A stretch of DNA of 64,000 nucleotides from the NCBI GenBank assembly GCA_013265495.1, contig MU058781.1, positions 5,023,050 to 5,087,049 on the forward strand, written 5' to 3'. The notes under the pieces are model-generated. The model saw only the letters and a list, made by a program, of their open reading frames with translations, ran no database searches and was not told where the DNA came from. Made by a program: the position numbers and the translations under genes. The stretch is from Vicugna vicugna (Eukaryota). This document shows, piece after piece, positions 24,301 to 39,593 of this stretch (the first letter of the stretch is position 1; the number at the start of each line of letters is the position of its first letter).

Positions 24301-24930
24301 TCAAGGGCTGAGTGTGAGGGAGTGGAGGGCTTGTGCCTAAAACAAAGCATAGTCATTCCGATGTAAATGGGGAGCCATTTCATCACAGCCCCGGGGCAGC
24401 AGCGGGGGTTGGGGGAGGTGCTGGACCATCTGAGGGCCCTGCCCGCCCCCCTGGGGAGGCGCAGGTGGGACCTGTCCATTCAGGTCCACGAGGCGGGGCG
24501 CCACATCTGGCCGATGCTCATGTGAGGACCCTGAGGGTGGGTGTAGGAATCACCCCAAGTTTCTCTCCACGGGTCCCCCGGTCCCAGCCTATTGTGAGGC
24601 TGTTGGTTTCTTCCCTGGCCTTGGCCTTTCTCCCACCCTACATGTGGGGCAAACGTGGGAGTCCTGCCTTTTGTTAAGCCCATTTCTCCACGGAGTGAAA
24701 GCTGCTTTTAAGCAGGGACCTTGGCAGCAGGCTCCCGGCTCCAGTCGTGCCCTGCCTGGGCCTCCAGGTGGGAGCCCGTTTGCCAGGTAATGGGTGGATT
24801 TGCGCTGCTGCTTCGGTGCTCGAGGGGCCTCCAGCTGCTTTGTGGGCACTGAGGGTTCCCCTCTGCTTGTGTCACCTCGGGACACACACTGGCGCCCTGT
24901 CCCAGGGACACGCTGGCCAGGGGCCCATGA

Positions 24931-25146
<216 letters not shown>

Positions 25147-25293
25147 TAACTTAGGTTATTCTAAACTTACTCAGGGTCGGAAAATGTAAAATGAGAGTGA
25201 GCCAGCCTCCCTGGCTTCTCCCTGACTCACCCCAACCAGAGGCCGCGAGAGGCAGCGGCCCCCACCCCGCCAGCCACCTCTTTCCCTGTCTCC

Positions 25294-25410
25294 NNNNNNN
25301 NNNNNNNNNNNNNNNNNNNNNNNNNNNNNNNNNNNNNNNNNNNNNNNNNNNNNNNNNNNNNNNNNNNNNNNNNNNNNNNNNNNNNNNNNNNNNNNNNNNN
25401 NNNNNNNNNN
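25294..25410. other. Assembly gap (117 N) in JARID2 intron 9
   Basis: Run of n, flanked by C-rich low-complexity sequence. Confidence 1.
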
Positions 25411-27379
25411 CCGTCTCTCCCCCTTCACCCTCCCCCCACCGCCTCATCCCCTCCCCCCCTCCCCCGTTACCCCGCCCTCCGGTGCCTGTTACGCAGGAGA
25501 ATGTTTGGAATCCCTTAAAGCCGCAGTTGTGCCTTTTTCTCTCCTGTTTTTTATTTAATGGGATTGGCAGGTTGCCATTTTTGTGCTTCTGCCAACTCTG
25601 TTCTTCGAGTTTAGCGTGAGGTTGGAGAGACGGTGAGCCCAATAAGGGGGAGTTGTGTGTGCGGCGCGACAGAGGACAGAGCCTGGGTCTGTCTGTCTGC
25701 CTGCCTCCCCGGCACCCCCACCCGAGTCGCCGTGCGCTCCCAGGTGCTGAGGCCGGTGGGCTGGCTTCTCTTGCTGGTGAGGGCGGCTGCTAGCTGAGCA
25801 GGAAGTGATGGGGACCGCAGCCTCGGATTCTGGTGTACAGCTGGTTTCAGACCAGTCTTTTTCTTCTAGGATGTATACCTCCTCCTCTAGGTAAAACCCC
25901 GTGTGGACCACCGGGGGGCCCGGGCCTGATGTGACCAGGTTTCCTGGGTGTGAGACTTCCAGGATAGCCCAGGACAGTCCGGGTGTCCAGGCTGCCTGTT
26001 CCCCACCCATGGTAGGTGGGGCCCCACCTCTGGTGGTAGCCATGGGAAGCCCAGGAGGTCCTGCCCTGGTGCTCAGGCCTGGTTTCCCAGGTTGTGAATT
26101 CGTTGTTGACTTCAGCATCACTCTTTCCAGGCCCTAGGTCTCTACTGATTTGTGCGGGCTGCCCCAGCTCTGCACCCTGGGATGTGTCTTTGAACACCAC
26201 ACAGTGGCCTCACCTCTACCACATCCCCTGATTTGGCTCCACCAAAGCCATGGTCCATCAGCCACAATGTCAACAGGGCCCCGATTCTGGAACATGTGTG
26301 GCTGTCACAGTTGCTTCTGGAGTGCTCATGCCATTTGTGGTAGAGACCTCAGGGGAAAGGAATGTGGCTCTTGGGGACTGAACATCTGAGATGGAGAAAG
26401 AGACCTTTGTTTTATGACATCGGTCCTTGTCGGAGTCCCCAAAGGTGCAGGGTTTTTTACTGTCCAGAGGACGAGGAAGGCTTGGCTTCTTTCAGTTTCT
26501 TGCTCAGGAATTTATTCTCCCTGAAAGTCCGGGTTTTGCTTAGCAGTTGTGTCATATTTAAACACAAAGGGAAGATTTGCTAAAATTAAAACTTTTAGTC
26601 TAAGTCTGGCTAACTGCTGGATCCTGTAAAGAGGCGGGGCCCTCTCCTTGGCCAGTGGTCACCAGCTGGAATGCCACCGCGCCCCCCGCCCCCTGCTCTT
26701 AGTGGAGGGTCATCTTCCTTCCCCACGTCTGTATCCACCCAGCGGAGGCTGCTATGATTCCAGGTGACTGCAAGGTCACCTGTGTGAGGAGCCCAGGCAT
26801 TTGATGCTCGACTTTGTTCTTGATGTGGGGCCTCTGGCCGCCCCCAGGCTGGCCCCTCTTTGCAGAAGCCGCACGGCCCGGGGTGAGGGGTGCTCCTGGG
26901 GGAGGCTTCCTCCTGAGTGTGGTTCCAGTGAACATGTGGCCAGGGTGGGGAAGGTGATGTGCTCCTGGAATGATGACTGAAGGCAGAATGGAAAGAGGCC
27001 TCTGAGTTGGGGAGTCGCTGAAGGAAAACCACCCCTCTGACCTGTTGGCCAAGCCCATCCTCACCTGCTCTTTGCCCTTGGTTGTTGAGCTTGTGTTGAT
27101 GACAGGGACCTGGTCAGCTTTTTAAACTAGTGGGTGTGCCTCTCGGTCTGTGTAACTGGCTGGGGCTGCAGCCTGGGGGCGGGGTCGTCACTCCTGTTTG
27201 ACCCTCACGTGCAGCCCGGCTGACCCTGCGTGGGCTCAGGCTGCTGGTGGCTGGGCGTGCGTGGCCTGTGTCTGTCGGGAGGCCCACCTGGAGGCTGAGT
27301 GGATTCCACTGAAGGACAGTCATGGGTCGTGTTCAGCCGCCTCCATTATGGTTTTCTCCCTCCTTTTCATATAAAGGAT

Positions 27380-27800
27380 TTCTTATTGTGGGAAAACATT
27401 ATAATATTTACCATCTTAGCCATTTTTAAGTGTGCAGTTCAGGGACATAAAGTCCATTCACATTGTTGTGTGACCGTCACCACCATCTCCCCCCAGAACT
27501 CTTCCCTCTTCCTGAGCTAAAACTCTGCCCCATTAAACACTGATACCCACTGTCCCGGCCTGTGACAACCACCGTTCCTCTCTCCCTGGCTTTGGCTGTC
27601 ACGGTACCTTGTGAGAGTGGGATCCTTGTGGGACTGACTCCCCTTGGCGAGATGTTGTCACGGTGTATCCGTGTTGTAGCATGGGTCAGAATTCCCATCC
27701 TTTTTAAGGCTGCCACCTTCCGTCACATGGACCTCGCGCCTTCTGTTCATCCATCGCGGGTGCTGGCTACTTCCACGCGCAGCCGTCGAGAACAGAGCTG
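27380..27800 (-). mobile_element. LINE-1 (L1MB-type) 3' fragment, antisense to JARID2
   Basis: tttaccatcttagccatttttaagtgtgcagttcag...ccccattaaaca...gttgtagcatgggtcagaattcccatcctttttaaggctg. Confidence 0.8.
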
Positions 27801-27929
27801 CTTCACTGGGGCTGCGGCTGTCTGTCTCAAGCTCCATGTCCCCAGCCAGCCCCCCGTGGCTCCCACCCAGCACGCTGCGATGGCGTTGGGCCCTCTGTCG
27901 AGCGTTCACGTGCCGTGGTGCTCAGTTGA

Positions 27930-28103
<174 letters not shown>

Positions 28104-28106
28104 TAA

Positions 28107-28364
<258 letters not shown>

Positions 28365-28911
28365 TGACTTTTAGAGAAGAGGGAGGAGTTAGGATCATAA
28401 TTGAAGTCAATAACAGTGTGGAAAGGTAAACCAAATTGTGGGTTCTCAATGCTGGGCAGCTGCTTCGTGGCCAGCTTTTTACTTTGAAATTGGTATTTTC
28501 AGAGCTAACATTCGGACTCCTAAGGGCTACCTTCCAGGCTGAAGGGGAAACCAGGTGACCTGGGCGCTGTGGACACTGCAGGCAGGGCCCCTGGAGGAGG
28601 GGGCCTCCACCCTGGTGGGGGGGCTCACGCTTCCTGCGCCCAGCACGGCAGCGTCCAGGGGCAGGCACTGGCGGCTGACTGCCAGCGGCTGCTGCGGTCA
28701 CGCTCGTCGGTTCAGATGTTCTTTCACTACTGTTTCTTAACAGCGTCTGTGTTCTTGGTTTCTGTATAAGCAGGAAAAAGCGGGTGCCTTCTCACTGGGC
28801 TGTCTGGGTTTGAATCTCGTTTCTCTTTTCCTGTTTGGGGAGAAGACAAGATTTCTTTTCCTGTCACCCTGAGACACTGGTCTTCATCACGCCCTGTCCC
28901 CTTTGTTCTAG

Positions 28912-29026
28912 GAGTGACAATTCCCTGGCTAAATATTGGCATGGTCTTTTCTACCTCATGCTGGTCTCGAGACCAAAACCACCTTCCCTACATCGACTAC
29001 TTACACACTGGTGCTGACTGCATTTG
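28912..29026 (+). CDS. JARID2: JARID2 exon 12 equivalent (JmjC)
   Basis: ttgttctag|GA ... [45 protein letters not shown](W); 115 nt. Not in the supplied ORF track; translated by hand. Confidence 0.97.
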
Positions 29027-31006
29027 GTGAGTACCCGGGCCCCTCGCGCCCGCCGGCTGGCAGCCTTCCCGTGTTTGCCCCTGCTCCCCGTCATCGCTCC
29101 TCAGCCTGGCATCTCTTGCCTCGTTGGAAGTTGAGCTGTTCCTGTGCTGATTGGCCATTTTCCTTTGGTCAGTTGCTGAGTTTCTTCTTCTGTGATGTTC
29201 TTTCCGTGGTTGTTGATTTCCAAGAGCGCGTTCCACGTTTGTGTGAGTGCAGTTTTCAGCATCTCCCCACGGCCCATGTCCCCCTCTCCACCAAAGGCTA
29301 GAGAGTAGGTTTTACTGGAGGCGGAGCTCCTGCCCTGGGAGATGCATGTGTGTGTCTCTCCCTGGGAAGCCTTCTGCCCAGTTCCCCTGAGCGATCCGTA
29401 GCTGTCAGGCTAGCCAGCCCTAATCCGACGGGCTCCTCCGCTCTTTGTTTGCGGCGGCAGGTGGGAAATTACCATAAATAATCAGAAGTCTTGTCTCCCA
29501 GCACCGCATCCATCCCACACTAATGTGTTTATTGTCCTAATGGAGTGATCAGGCATCCTCTATTAAAATACACAAAATCTTAGAACTAATGTTCTCCCTC
29601 CAAGGAGCCAGTGTCACAGCAGTCCCAATCCCCTCGCCTTCCAGCCACATCGGCGGGAGTGGCAGTTGGCGTGGAAGCAAGCGGTCAGGGCCCTGTGGTT
29701 GACCTTCTGCCACACGGCTGCTGGGCTGTGGAGGCCAGGAGGGGCAGGGGCCTTGGGCAGAGCTGAGGGTGGACGGCTGGACCGTCTCTCCTCTGGGGAC
29801 CATTCCCCACGGAGAAGCTGCTGTGGGCAGTGCCGGCCAGGCTGGGTGGGTTGGATTCACAGGGTCCCACCCAGGTCTGTGACCAGGCCTCACTGGACCC
29901 TGGTTCCTCATCTGAAAGCGGAGGGATGTGGCCCATGTGGTCATTTTACTGCCTGACCAGTGAGTGAGAGGCAGGGAAATGCTGGCTTCTGGGCTGTTCG
30001 AAGACTGATCCCTGAAACCTCAGTGATGGGAATGGAGGGGCAGCCAGGATGGGCTCAGAGAACTTGATGCTATGTGGTTTTTCTTAAAACATGTGATTTA
30101 GGTTAGAAACCCTGGATTTAAATCACAAATCAGTTAAGTTGGCATTAAAATAACAAACATTTGAGAGAAACTTAAATGTGGTGATTGGCGCCCCTCCGTC
30201 AGCAGCAGCAACCAGGTCCTCCCCCAGGAATGGTTTCCCCTGTGGCAGGTTCCCTGGAGGGGTTGGGAGGGGCGCTGGTCAGCCTGAATCCCTGTCACGT
30301 GACTGCAGGGGGGCTCAGAGAAGGGGGCCTTGAGGAGGCCACGCTGGCTGGCACTAGGGTATCACGAGTTGTAGATGGCAGGTGTGTCCTCTGGGGACAG
30401 GAGAGGTAATTCTCGTCCCCTCGCTCCCTGGGGTAGCAGCGCGGGTCCAGATTCTTCTGTTGGGTAAGTTCTGCCCACACTTTCTCCCACCATCTCCCCC
30501 GGCCCCGCCTCTGCTCCACCGCAGGGTCTGTGTTGTCTGAGCCCTGCCCCCAGCATCGACCCCTTTTCCCACTCCCCTTTTTTTGCTCCTTTTGCAGCTG
30601 CTCCCTTTGTCCTACCCATGCCCTCGTGGTGTTGGTTCTCCTGTGTGTCCTGTGTATGTGTCCTGCACAGAACCTTAGTCCTGCAGTGTCTTCTCTGCCA
30701 CAGAGAAGTGTCAACCCAGCCTTAAGTCTCAACTCAGGAGGCTCACGAGAGGCTGTTGAGTCTGCAGATGTGTCTGGATCTGATTTATAGGGGCTTTTAA
30801 ACATCTGTGTTTGGTTTGAAGGCTTTTTGGCTGACGCATAAAAGATGAGCATTTCTGTCCACTCACGGCTGTGGTTTGGTCATGCTGGGCAGAAGCAGCG
30901 GAGTTGCCCTGGGAGGCTGGCGGCCCTGGAAACCCTGGGGGCTATCAGTGAGCTCGCCCACCTTCCCATCCCTGCACCTCAAGCCACCAATTGCTCATTT
31001 CTCTGA

Positions 31007-31330
<324 letters not shown>

Positions 31331-31986
31331 TAACCAAAGTGCCCTCTTTTATGGGAAACAAACTAAAATGCTTTCCTCTGATTGCAAAGGACGTGGGGCT
31401 CGTGCCCATGGTGGCCTCTGACTCTGTTTGGGGGCCTGGTTGTTACGTAAACGGAAACTGGGCTGTGCTGGAGTTGGCCCTGAGTATGGCCTGGGCCCCT
31501 GGACAACAGGGTCCGGATCACCGAGTGTTGCAGAAATGAACACAAAGGATTCAGACCCCACTGCCGAGTTCCTGGGACTCTCTCAGCCCTGAGCTGTGTT
31601 CTGATCCCTGCACGGGTGTCCTGTCCCTGCTGGGCCCACCTCACTCTGGGCTCTGCTCTGAGAGGGTGAGCAGCAGCCCCTCTGGGGGGACCAGGCCCAC
31701 CCAGCCTGTACTCCTGTGGACCCGCTGGACTATGGAGACCCCCATGGTATACACGGGTCCCAGTCCAACCCTGGTGGTGCTTACTGAGACACGGGCCCCC
31801 GTGTGGCATGAGGGCTGTGTGCTCACAGCGGTGCTACCCACCCCCCTGACTTGTGTCAGTGTAGGACTTCCTCCTTCATTTAGGAATTGTGTATCTTTAT
31901 TTTCTAAAAGAGAAGCAGACCTTTAATAGAAATTGTAGTCTATCTTGGGAGCAGGTCGGCCTGCTTCTGCCCCGCCTGGAGGATAG

Positions 31987-32328
<342 letters not shown>

Positions 32329-32613
32329 TAATGTGTTTAATTCCAGAGTGAGCCTTAGAAAACTGAGAGTCGGCTGAGAGGTGTTCATAGGGAAGGAGAG
32401 TTGTTAGCGGTTTGTGTATCATGGAAGGTACACCTGAGTCCTGTTACTGGCCCCTACGGTATCAGGAGATCAGTACTGAGGTTGTTTAAGGCAAAAATCT
32501 CCGCCCATTTCAAAGTTGTGGTGTCTGCATTTGGCATTGGGGAGTGATGATTATTGGTGTTCAGTGTCTCTCACGGGCAAACAAGATTGTTGCGTGGTTC
32601 TCATTTGCTCTGA

Positions 32614-32862
<249 letters not shown>

Positions 32863-33347
32863 TAGCCTGAGACCCAGGCGCCGCCCTGCTGGGGCTCAGC
32901 CGGGCGGGGTGCGGCCGGGCCTTTGTGGGCAGGTGGGCCAGGACTTGGGTGTGGCTCTTGTATTTCGTTTCCTCTTATGCTGATGATGCCAGAGTTTAGC
33001 CTCCTTTGTGGCAGTGGCCAGGAGGCGGCTCCTTGAGCCCCAGGCCCCACTGGTCCTCACAGCACCTCACCACTGAGAGGAGGTGGCGACCACGGCATCA
33101 GAGCCTGGCCTGGTGAAGGAGCAGACGGGGCAGGAATTGAAGTGACCCTCTTCCCTGCCCCGTGGCCCCTCCCTCCTGCTGGGAGCCCCAGCGCAGCCGG
33201 AGCGCCACTCGGACTTGGTTGCCGGTGCCGGCAGATAGTTGATCACGTGTGCCCTCAGGTCGGGGGAAGGGCGCCCCGACAGGCACTGGCGCTGTGTCCT
33301 GTGTTCGCCGCAGGCAGAGTTGATCAGCCCCGAGGCCTTTAGACTAA

Positions 33348-33707
<360 letters not shown>

Positions 33708-34464
33708 TGAGTTGGTGCCCCTGGGGAGCTGTGGGGTTTTCAGTCTCTGCCCTGGTCTGTGAGCTTTCATTCAGCCACATGATGGATGTCACTGCCCAAG
33801 GACTCTGAAACTATCTGGTTAAAGCCAACACTTCTTGGCTGCACCTCCTAGTCTAGCCTCCGCGTTGGGTCCTGACTTGAAGGCAGCCCCCTCGCGACTG
33901 TTCGCTCACCTTCCTAAGCCGCCGCCTTTCTCCAATCCACAGCCTCCTTGAGGGACTTATCTGTCTCAGCCTTGGGCTTAATTATGGACTTACTGCTCCA
34001 ACTCCGACCCCATCCCAGGCTAGAGGGGTCTCCGAAAAACCTTGCTCAGATGGCTAGCTGGACTGGTGTCGCCTCCCCTCTGATCTTCCAGTCCCTTCTG
34101 CCCTGTGGCTGCTGCCCTGACACAGGTCTTTCTGGCTGCACCGGCTCCACGCAGGGTGGCTCCCCGCCCTCGGGTGCCATTGCCCTCTCCCCGCCCTTGC
34201 GGTCCTCCCTCCGGAGAGAGGAGCCCAGGTAGTAGGTGCCCACCCCTCACGCGGCTGGGCACCAACATCCCACATGTGCCGCCCTATAAGCCGCACATGG
34301 CCAAGACCACATGACTGTGATGCCACCTCACCTGTGTCCCTGGTACCTGCCCAGCTGCCCTGCAGAGAATGGGGGCCCATGGTCACTCCCAGCTGAGTCA
34401 CGTGCTCTTTGTAACATCTGAGAGGTCAGAACACAGAGAAAGGAGGGAAGAAACGACTGAAGGA

Positions 34465-34827
34465 GTTTGCCAGGGCCATCGTGACACAGTGTCGATGACT
34501 GCTGGCTTGAATAGCAGAGGTTGCTTTTCTTGAAGTTCTGGAGGCTGAGAGTCCAAGGTCAAGGTGTGGCCAGGGTTGGTTTCCTCTGAGGCCTCTGTCC
34601 TTGGCTTGTAGACAGCTGCCTTCTGTGTCCTCACTTTATTTCTTCTGTGTGCATCTGTCTTAATCTCCTCTTGTTGTAAGTCATTGGACTGGAGCCCACC
34701 CTTTCAACCTCTTTTTACCTAATCTATCTCTTTAAAGGCTCCAAACAGTCACATACTGAGTTACTGAGGGCTAAGACTTGAGCATATGATTTCTGGGGTG
34801 GAGGGGTGATAATTCAGTCCATAACCA
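34465..34827. mobile_element. MaLR (MLT1-type) solo LTR
   Basis: agttctggaggctgagagtccaaggtcaaggtgtggccagggttggtttcctctgaggcctct...aattcagtccataac. Confidence 0.85.
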
Positions 34828-35937
34828 CCATGAATCCATTTCCATGTTTTCTTCTATCTAGCTTTCTTTTCCCAGATGCTTTTTAAAAGATACAATCAAG
34901 ATCTATGCTGTCTTAAAAAAAAAAAAAAAGCTGTAAGAATTTCCCCAGATCTTAGAAGTGTTTTTATAAACATCACTCATAAAAGCCGCATAGTTCTGTG
35001 TCTGTTCCTTTTGTGTTGGAAGAGGGTTATTCTCGTGGGAAACAGTCACTTCCCATGAGCCAGGGTGACACTGTTGTGACCTCATGTGGCCCTGGTCCCT
35101 TCCCGTGGGCTCCCTCAGAAAGCTGTACCTGGAGAGTTGTCACCAGGAATTTCTTAGCCTGGGTGTTATTTTTAAAAGCATATATCCTGAATTCGTAGGT
35201 GAAAACTAGTTTTATTTATATATGCTTTTCATTGCTTGGGTCATGAAGGAGAGGCTTTGTGCATTTTTGTTCAGTTTCATATTTGTGTCTGTTCCTGTCC
35301 TCAGCCCCGAGTGATGTGTCGTTTCCTTATGCCGGTGGCTTGTTTTCTTGTCTTTGCTTAGAAGCACTGAAGACAGGAAGCCTAGATCTTTCCCCCAAAT
35401 CCTTATGAAAAGGGCTGTGAAGCTTTTGCACCTGGTGTGTTACAGCAGCATTCTCCCATTGTTTACACAGGGTGAGCCCAGGGCGGCGAGTCAGGGTGGG
35501 GGTGAGAACTCCCCGTACAAACAGGTCTGAGTGTCCGGGGCCCCGGCTGGGCTTGGGTTCCATGTGGCCCCGGGGCAGCGGCGTGTCCCTGGGAGCTGCA
35601 GGCAGACGTGGGTTGGGTAACAGGTGCTGGGGATCAGGAATCAGGAACCGTGCTGGCTGGAGTTGGGACAGAGGCACTCGCGCCCCACGTGGTGTAACTG
35701 GCTGGACTGACTGAGCCAGTAAGAGCAGGAGTAGAAGAACCATGTGTAGCCACTGAACCGTCCAGGGTGTGACCACCTGGCACCTCTTGTACTGGGGTAG
35801 TTTTTGAACCAAAAGTCCCAGAAGCTCTCAGAACCCAAGAGCGGCTTCCCGTGTTTCTGGGTCGTGGGCACCCCTGGCTTGGGCGACGGCCTCCCTGCTG
35901 TGCTCCTGGGAACTTGTGTCCCCGGCCTTGGGACTGA

Positions 35938-36174
<237 letters not shown>

Positions 36175-39100
36175 TGACCTGAGGTAGGTCTTGGTCCCCA
36201 GACTGGGCAGGGGCAGGTTCAGCCAGCGTTGGACTGACCTGGACACACCAGGAGTGGAGGCAGCGGAGAGACGTGTTTCCTTGATAAATGGTTCATTTCA
36301 GTTTTCTCCTTCACGCCTCAGTGAGCCCGTCCGCCCTCTGCTTCCCCACCGAGCCCTGCCGCCTCTCTGTTGGCATTGCTGGCTGCCAGCGCCTCGGTCC
36401 ACAAGGCATTTGGTTTCAGGGTGTGGGTCCACACCATCTGGCGGGGCTACTGAGGAATGGGGGGAGGCACCGTCCCGTCCGGCCAGGGCTGGGGCCCAGA
36501 CCCAGGGGGGCAGAGGGGACAGCCGGCTGCCTGTGTGCCCACCACGGGGCAAACCCCAGCTGGAGGTGACAGTTCCGGTGCTGGCCAGTGGGGGCAGGCC
36601 AGGCTTTCTCACCTTCCCTCCAGGCCGTGGGCCGCGGCTCCAAGGGCCTCGAGCCAGGTCTGTGTGGTTTCCGTGTCTTCAGAGTAGCCTGACTGCAGGG
36701 TGTCAGGGACGCAGCCCTAGGAGCCTCGCCGACTGTAGCTCCAGCGAATGTGACGATGCCCGTGTCGCCATCCCTGCCCTGCGGTGTGCGGCTGACGGGG
36801 CTTGGGAGGGAGCTTCTGTTCTGATTTGTGGGCCAGTGTGGGGTGAACTGGTTCCTCTCAAGTGAGAACTTCAGAGCAGGGGACCTGGTGCCTGAGGCCC
36901 AGGGGGTGGCCCAGGAGCTGCAGCCAGTTGCACCCAGTGGACCAGCTCTGGTCCTCTCCAAGGGCTTGTTTCACCTTCTGAATAAAGCCCTGTCCAGCCA
37001 CCTCCACCCTTTCCTGAAGACCCCAGCCATCCTTAGAGGCAGGTCCATGTGGATCTCCCACAGGGAGGGGACTTCTTCAGCGGACAGGGAGCTGGCGGGA
37101 TGCAGGCAGAGCCCCTGCGCCCGGGGCTCCACTTCCGAGGCAGCCAGCACGCGGCTCCCTGTGTCTCATCACGTGTATTCTGAGTGCTTCCAGGCTGCTC
37201 GGCGATTGCGTGTTTAGGTACAAGCGTGCAGCTCCCGGGACACGTGGCCCTGCCCCTCAGAAGCCCTCTCATTCCCGGACCTGGAGCCCTTCTTGGGGGT
37301 CATCTTTGAGGTTGCCATGGGCACCCTGTCACCCCTCCTGGTCACTGCGGCTGCAGGCCTGGCCCGCTGTCATCTAGAGAGTGGTCCTCATCCCTGTGGT
37401 GTCTGCAGTGGGAACCTCTCCTGCTACTCCAGCCCCACTGCCCCACAGACCCAGGGAGGCTGGTCTCATCCGGGCATCACACATCAGAGCCCTGGGCAGG
37501 GCCAACCCAGGTGCCCAGGCAGACCGGGAGCAATGGGGTGTCTGCGGTGGCTCAGGCTGTGATCAGACTTGATGATAAGTCTTTGGCTAAGTTACAAGAT
37601 TAGAAAGCTGAGAATAGATCTCTTTGCATCTTTTGTTTTTAAAGAGCACGTTCATCGAAGGCAGTAACCACTCTGCCCTCCCTGCTTCTTCACTTGAACA
37701 GCAAATGTCAGAACAGTTAAAAATAAACCCTCGTATCTGAGTCACAGCAGCTCTGGCAACTAGCAGAGCCCACCAGCGGCACTGGGGCTTCTCAGGGCGA
37801 TCCTGAAGCTGGACAAAGCGTGGGCTATTTCCCACCGCCAGCCCATTTCGTAGCTAGGAGTTTTGATGTCACCAAAATCCTGGAGAAAATGTTCAGTTGT
37901 CAGTCTGAAGATTAACCATTGGTTTTAATGAGTAGGGAAGAGAAAAAAGTTTTGTAAGCCTCCTGCTTTGCCAGTGGCCTAACTTATTTTAGTAAATGAA
38001 AATCACAAATAAGTTCCCTATTGAGTTGAACCATGTAGTTTGTTTCCAGCTGTGGAATTTGCGCTGTGGGTTGGATTTCAGAAATGGCTTATGAGACACA
38101 GCTCCTGTCCTGAGCCCTGGTGCCCAGCACTCAGATCCCCTCTGTCCGGCCCGTGGGGCGACACAGCCCCCTGCTGCCGAGGAGGCTTCAGCCACAGGTC
38201 ACTGGGCTTTAAAGCAGCTCGTGGCACAAGGGAGGAACAGATGTGTTTCTTATGTGCTTTAAATGGCCCATAGACGTTTGTAGTGCTCGAGAGCAGGCCA
38301 GGGACCAGGCTGACCCTCAGGCTCAAGGGAAGGAGTGGCCTCCTGTCCCCGTGTCCTCCTGGTCCATTCGTCTGTCCCTCTTGGGCTCAGAGGAGGCACT
38401 CTGGAATGGGACATGTGCCACTTTAATATTCTTCCCCTGGTTTCTTTTAAAAGTGGGTGGTTACAAGTTGTTCTCAAGTTACACACATTTTTGATGCCAG
38501 CAGGTTGATGGTTCTCATCACCCTCCCCTTCGCTGAGGCGGAGGGAGTAACATTGATGGACAGGCATTTGCATGAGACCAGGTTAATAGGCTCGAGCGCA
38601 GTAGCCAGAAAAACATGCAGCTCAGGCACTGGTCACCGTGCAGGGAGCAAGTTGAGTGGCCCTGAGTCTTCCCTACAGCTGTCCCCTTCCTGCGGGGACC
38701 CCTGCGGCCTTCTGAGCTCCCAGATGGCCAGTGCTGTGGGTCCGCTGGGTTGTCTCTGCGGTGAGCGACCTCATGGACGCAGGGAAGGTACAGACCAGAG
38801 GGAACAGTCACGACTGTGTCGTTACCATGCTCTTGTCTTTAGCACACAAACCTGTTTCGACTTCACAGCCACGGGGGTAGGGGCGGCGCTCTTAGGTTCC
38901 CTGGACTCTGGGACGGAATGTCGGTGGTTGGGAGGCGCCCATCAGGAAGGAACTCTGTGCGCCTGCCTCCCTGGCTTCCAGATGAGAAAAGGCGTGTTTC
39001 TACCGGAGAAGGCAGGTTTTATTTAGGTGCCTGGTAGAGGGCATCAGTCTCAGAAGGGTGGTTCTAACTAGTTCCCGCACCGCTGCATCTCGGCATCCCT

Positions 39101-39285
39101 GCGCAGATTTCAGAGGCCAGTCCCAGCCTCCCTGGGGCCTCCTCTGGGCGCTGCTCCCATGTGCTTTGATGAAAGGTGACGGCTGTTGGCCCGGCCACCA
39201 GCTCCGGGGGGAGGGGTATGGGGTGTGTCTGGGGACACGCTCTTCCTGTCTGCTAATTTTGTGTCTTCCTTTCAACCCGAAACAG

Positions 39286-39441
39286 GAACAAATTATCAGC
39301 CTGGTCAATCAGATCTGTGGCAAGGTATCTGGTAAAAACGGCAGCATTGAGAACTGTCTCGGAAAACCCACACCAAAAAGAGGGCCCCGCAAGAGAGCGA
39401 CGGTGGACGTGCCGCCGTCCCGGCTCGCATCCTCCTCGTGA
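39286..39441 (+). CDS. JARID2: JARID2 terminal coding exon (exon 18 equivalent) with stop codon
   Basis: aaacag|[54 protein letters not shown] then TGA at 39439-39441. Confidence 0.97.
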   Translation, partial: EQIISLVNQICGKVSGKNGSIENCLGKPTPKRGPRKRATVDVPPSRLASSS

Positions 39442-39530
39442 AGACGCCAACACCGCGGTCGAGTGATAGATATTTTTTTGTAATTATTATATTCTAGTTT
39501 GGAGTACTTGCTGTAGGATACAAGCTGTCT

Positions 39531-39538
39531 TTGCACTA
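39531..39538 (+). promoter_or_regulatory. miR-130/301 family 8mer site in JARID2 3'UTR
   Basis: TTGCACTA is the complement of seed AGUGCAA plus A1. Confidence 0.65.
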
Positions 39539-39585
39539 GCTCTAAAGAAGATTTTCTTCTGGTTTTAGAGAACTAATTTTGTTTT

Positions 39586-39593
39586 AGCATTAA
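39586..39593 (+). promoter_or_regulatory. miR-155-5p 8mer site 1 in JARID2 3'UTR
   Basis: AGCATTAA is the complement of seed UAAUGCU plus A1; JARID2 is an established miR-155 target. Confidence 0.8.

Noticed and set aside
25294..25410. Missing JARID2 exon hidden in the N gap
   Set aside because: Exons 9 and 10 join in frame (AEIE|QEYW) with no missing protein sequence.
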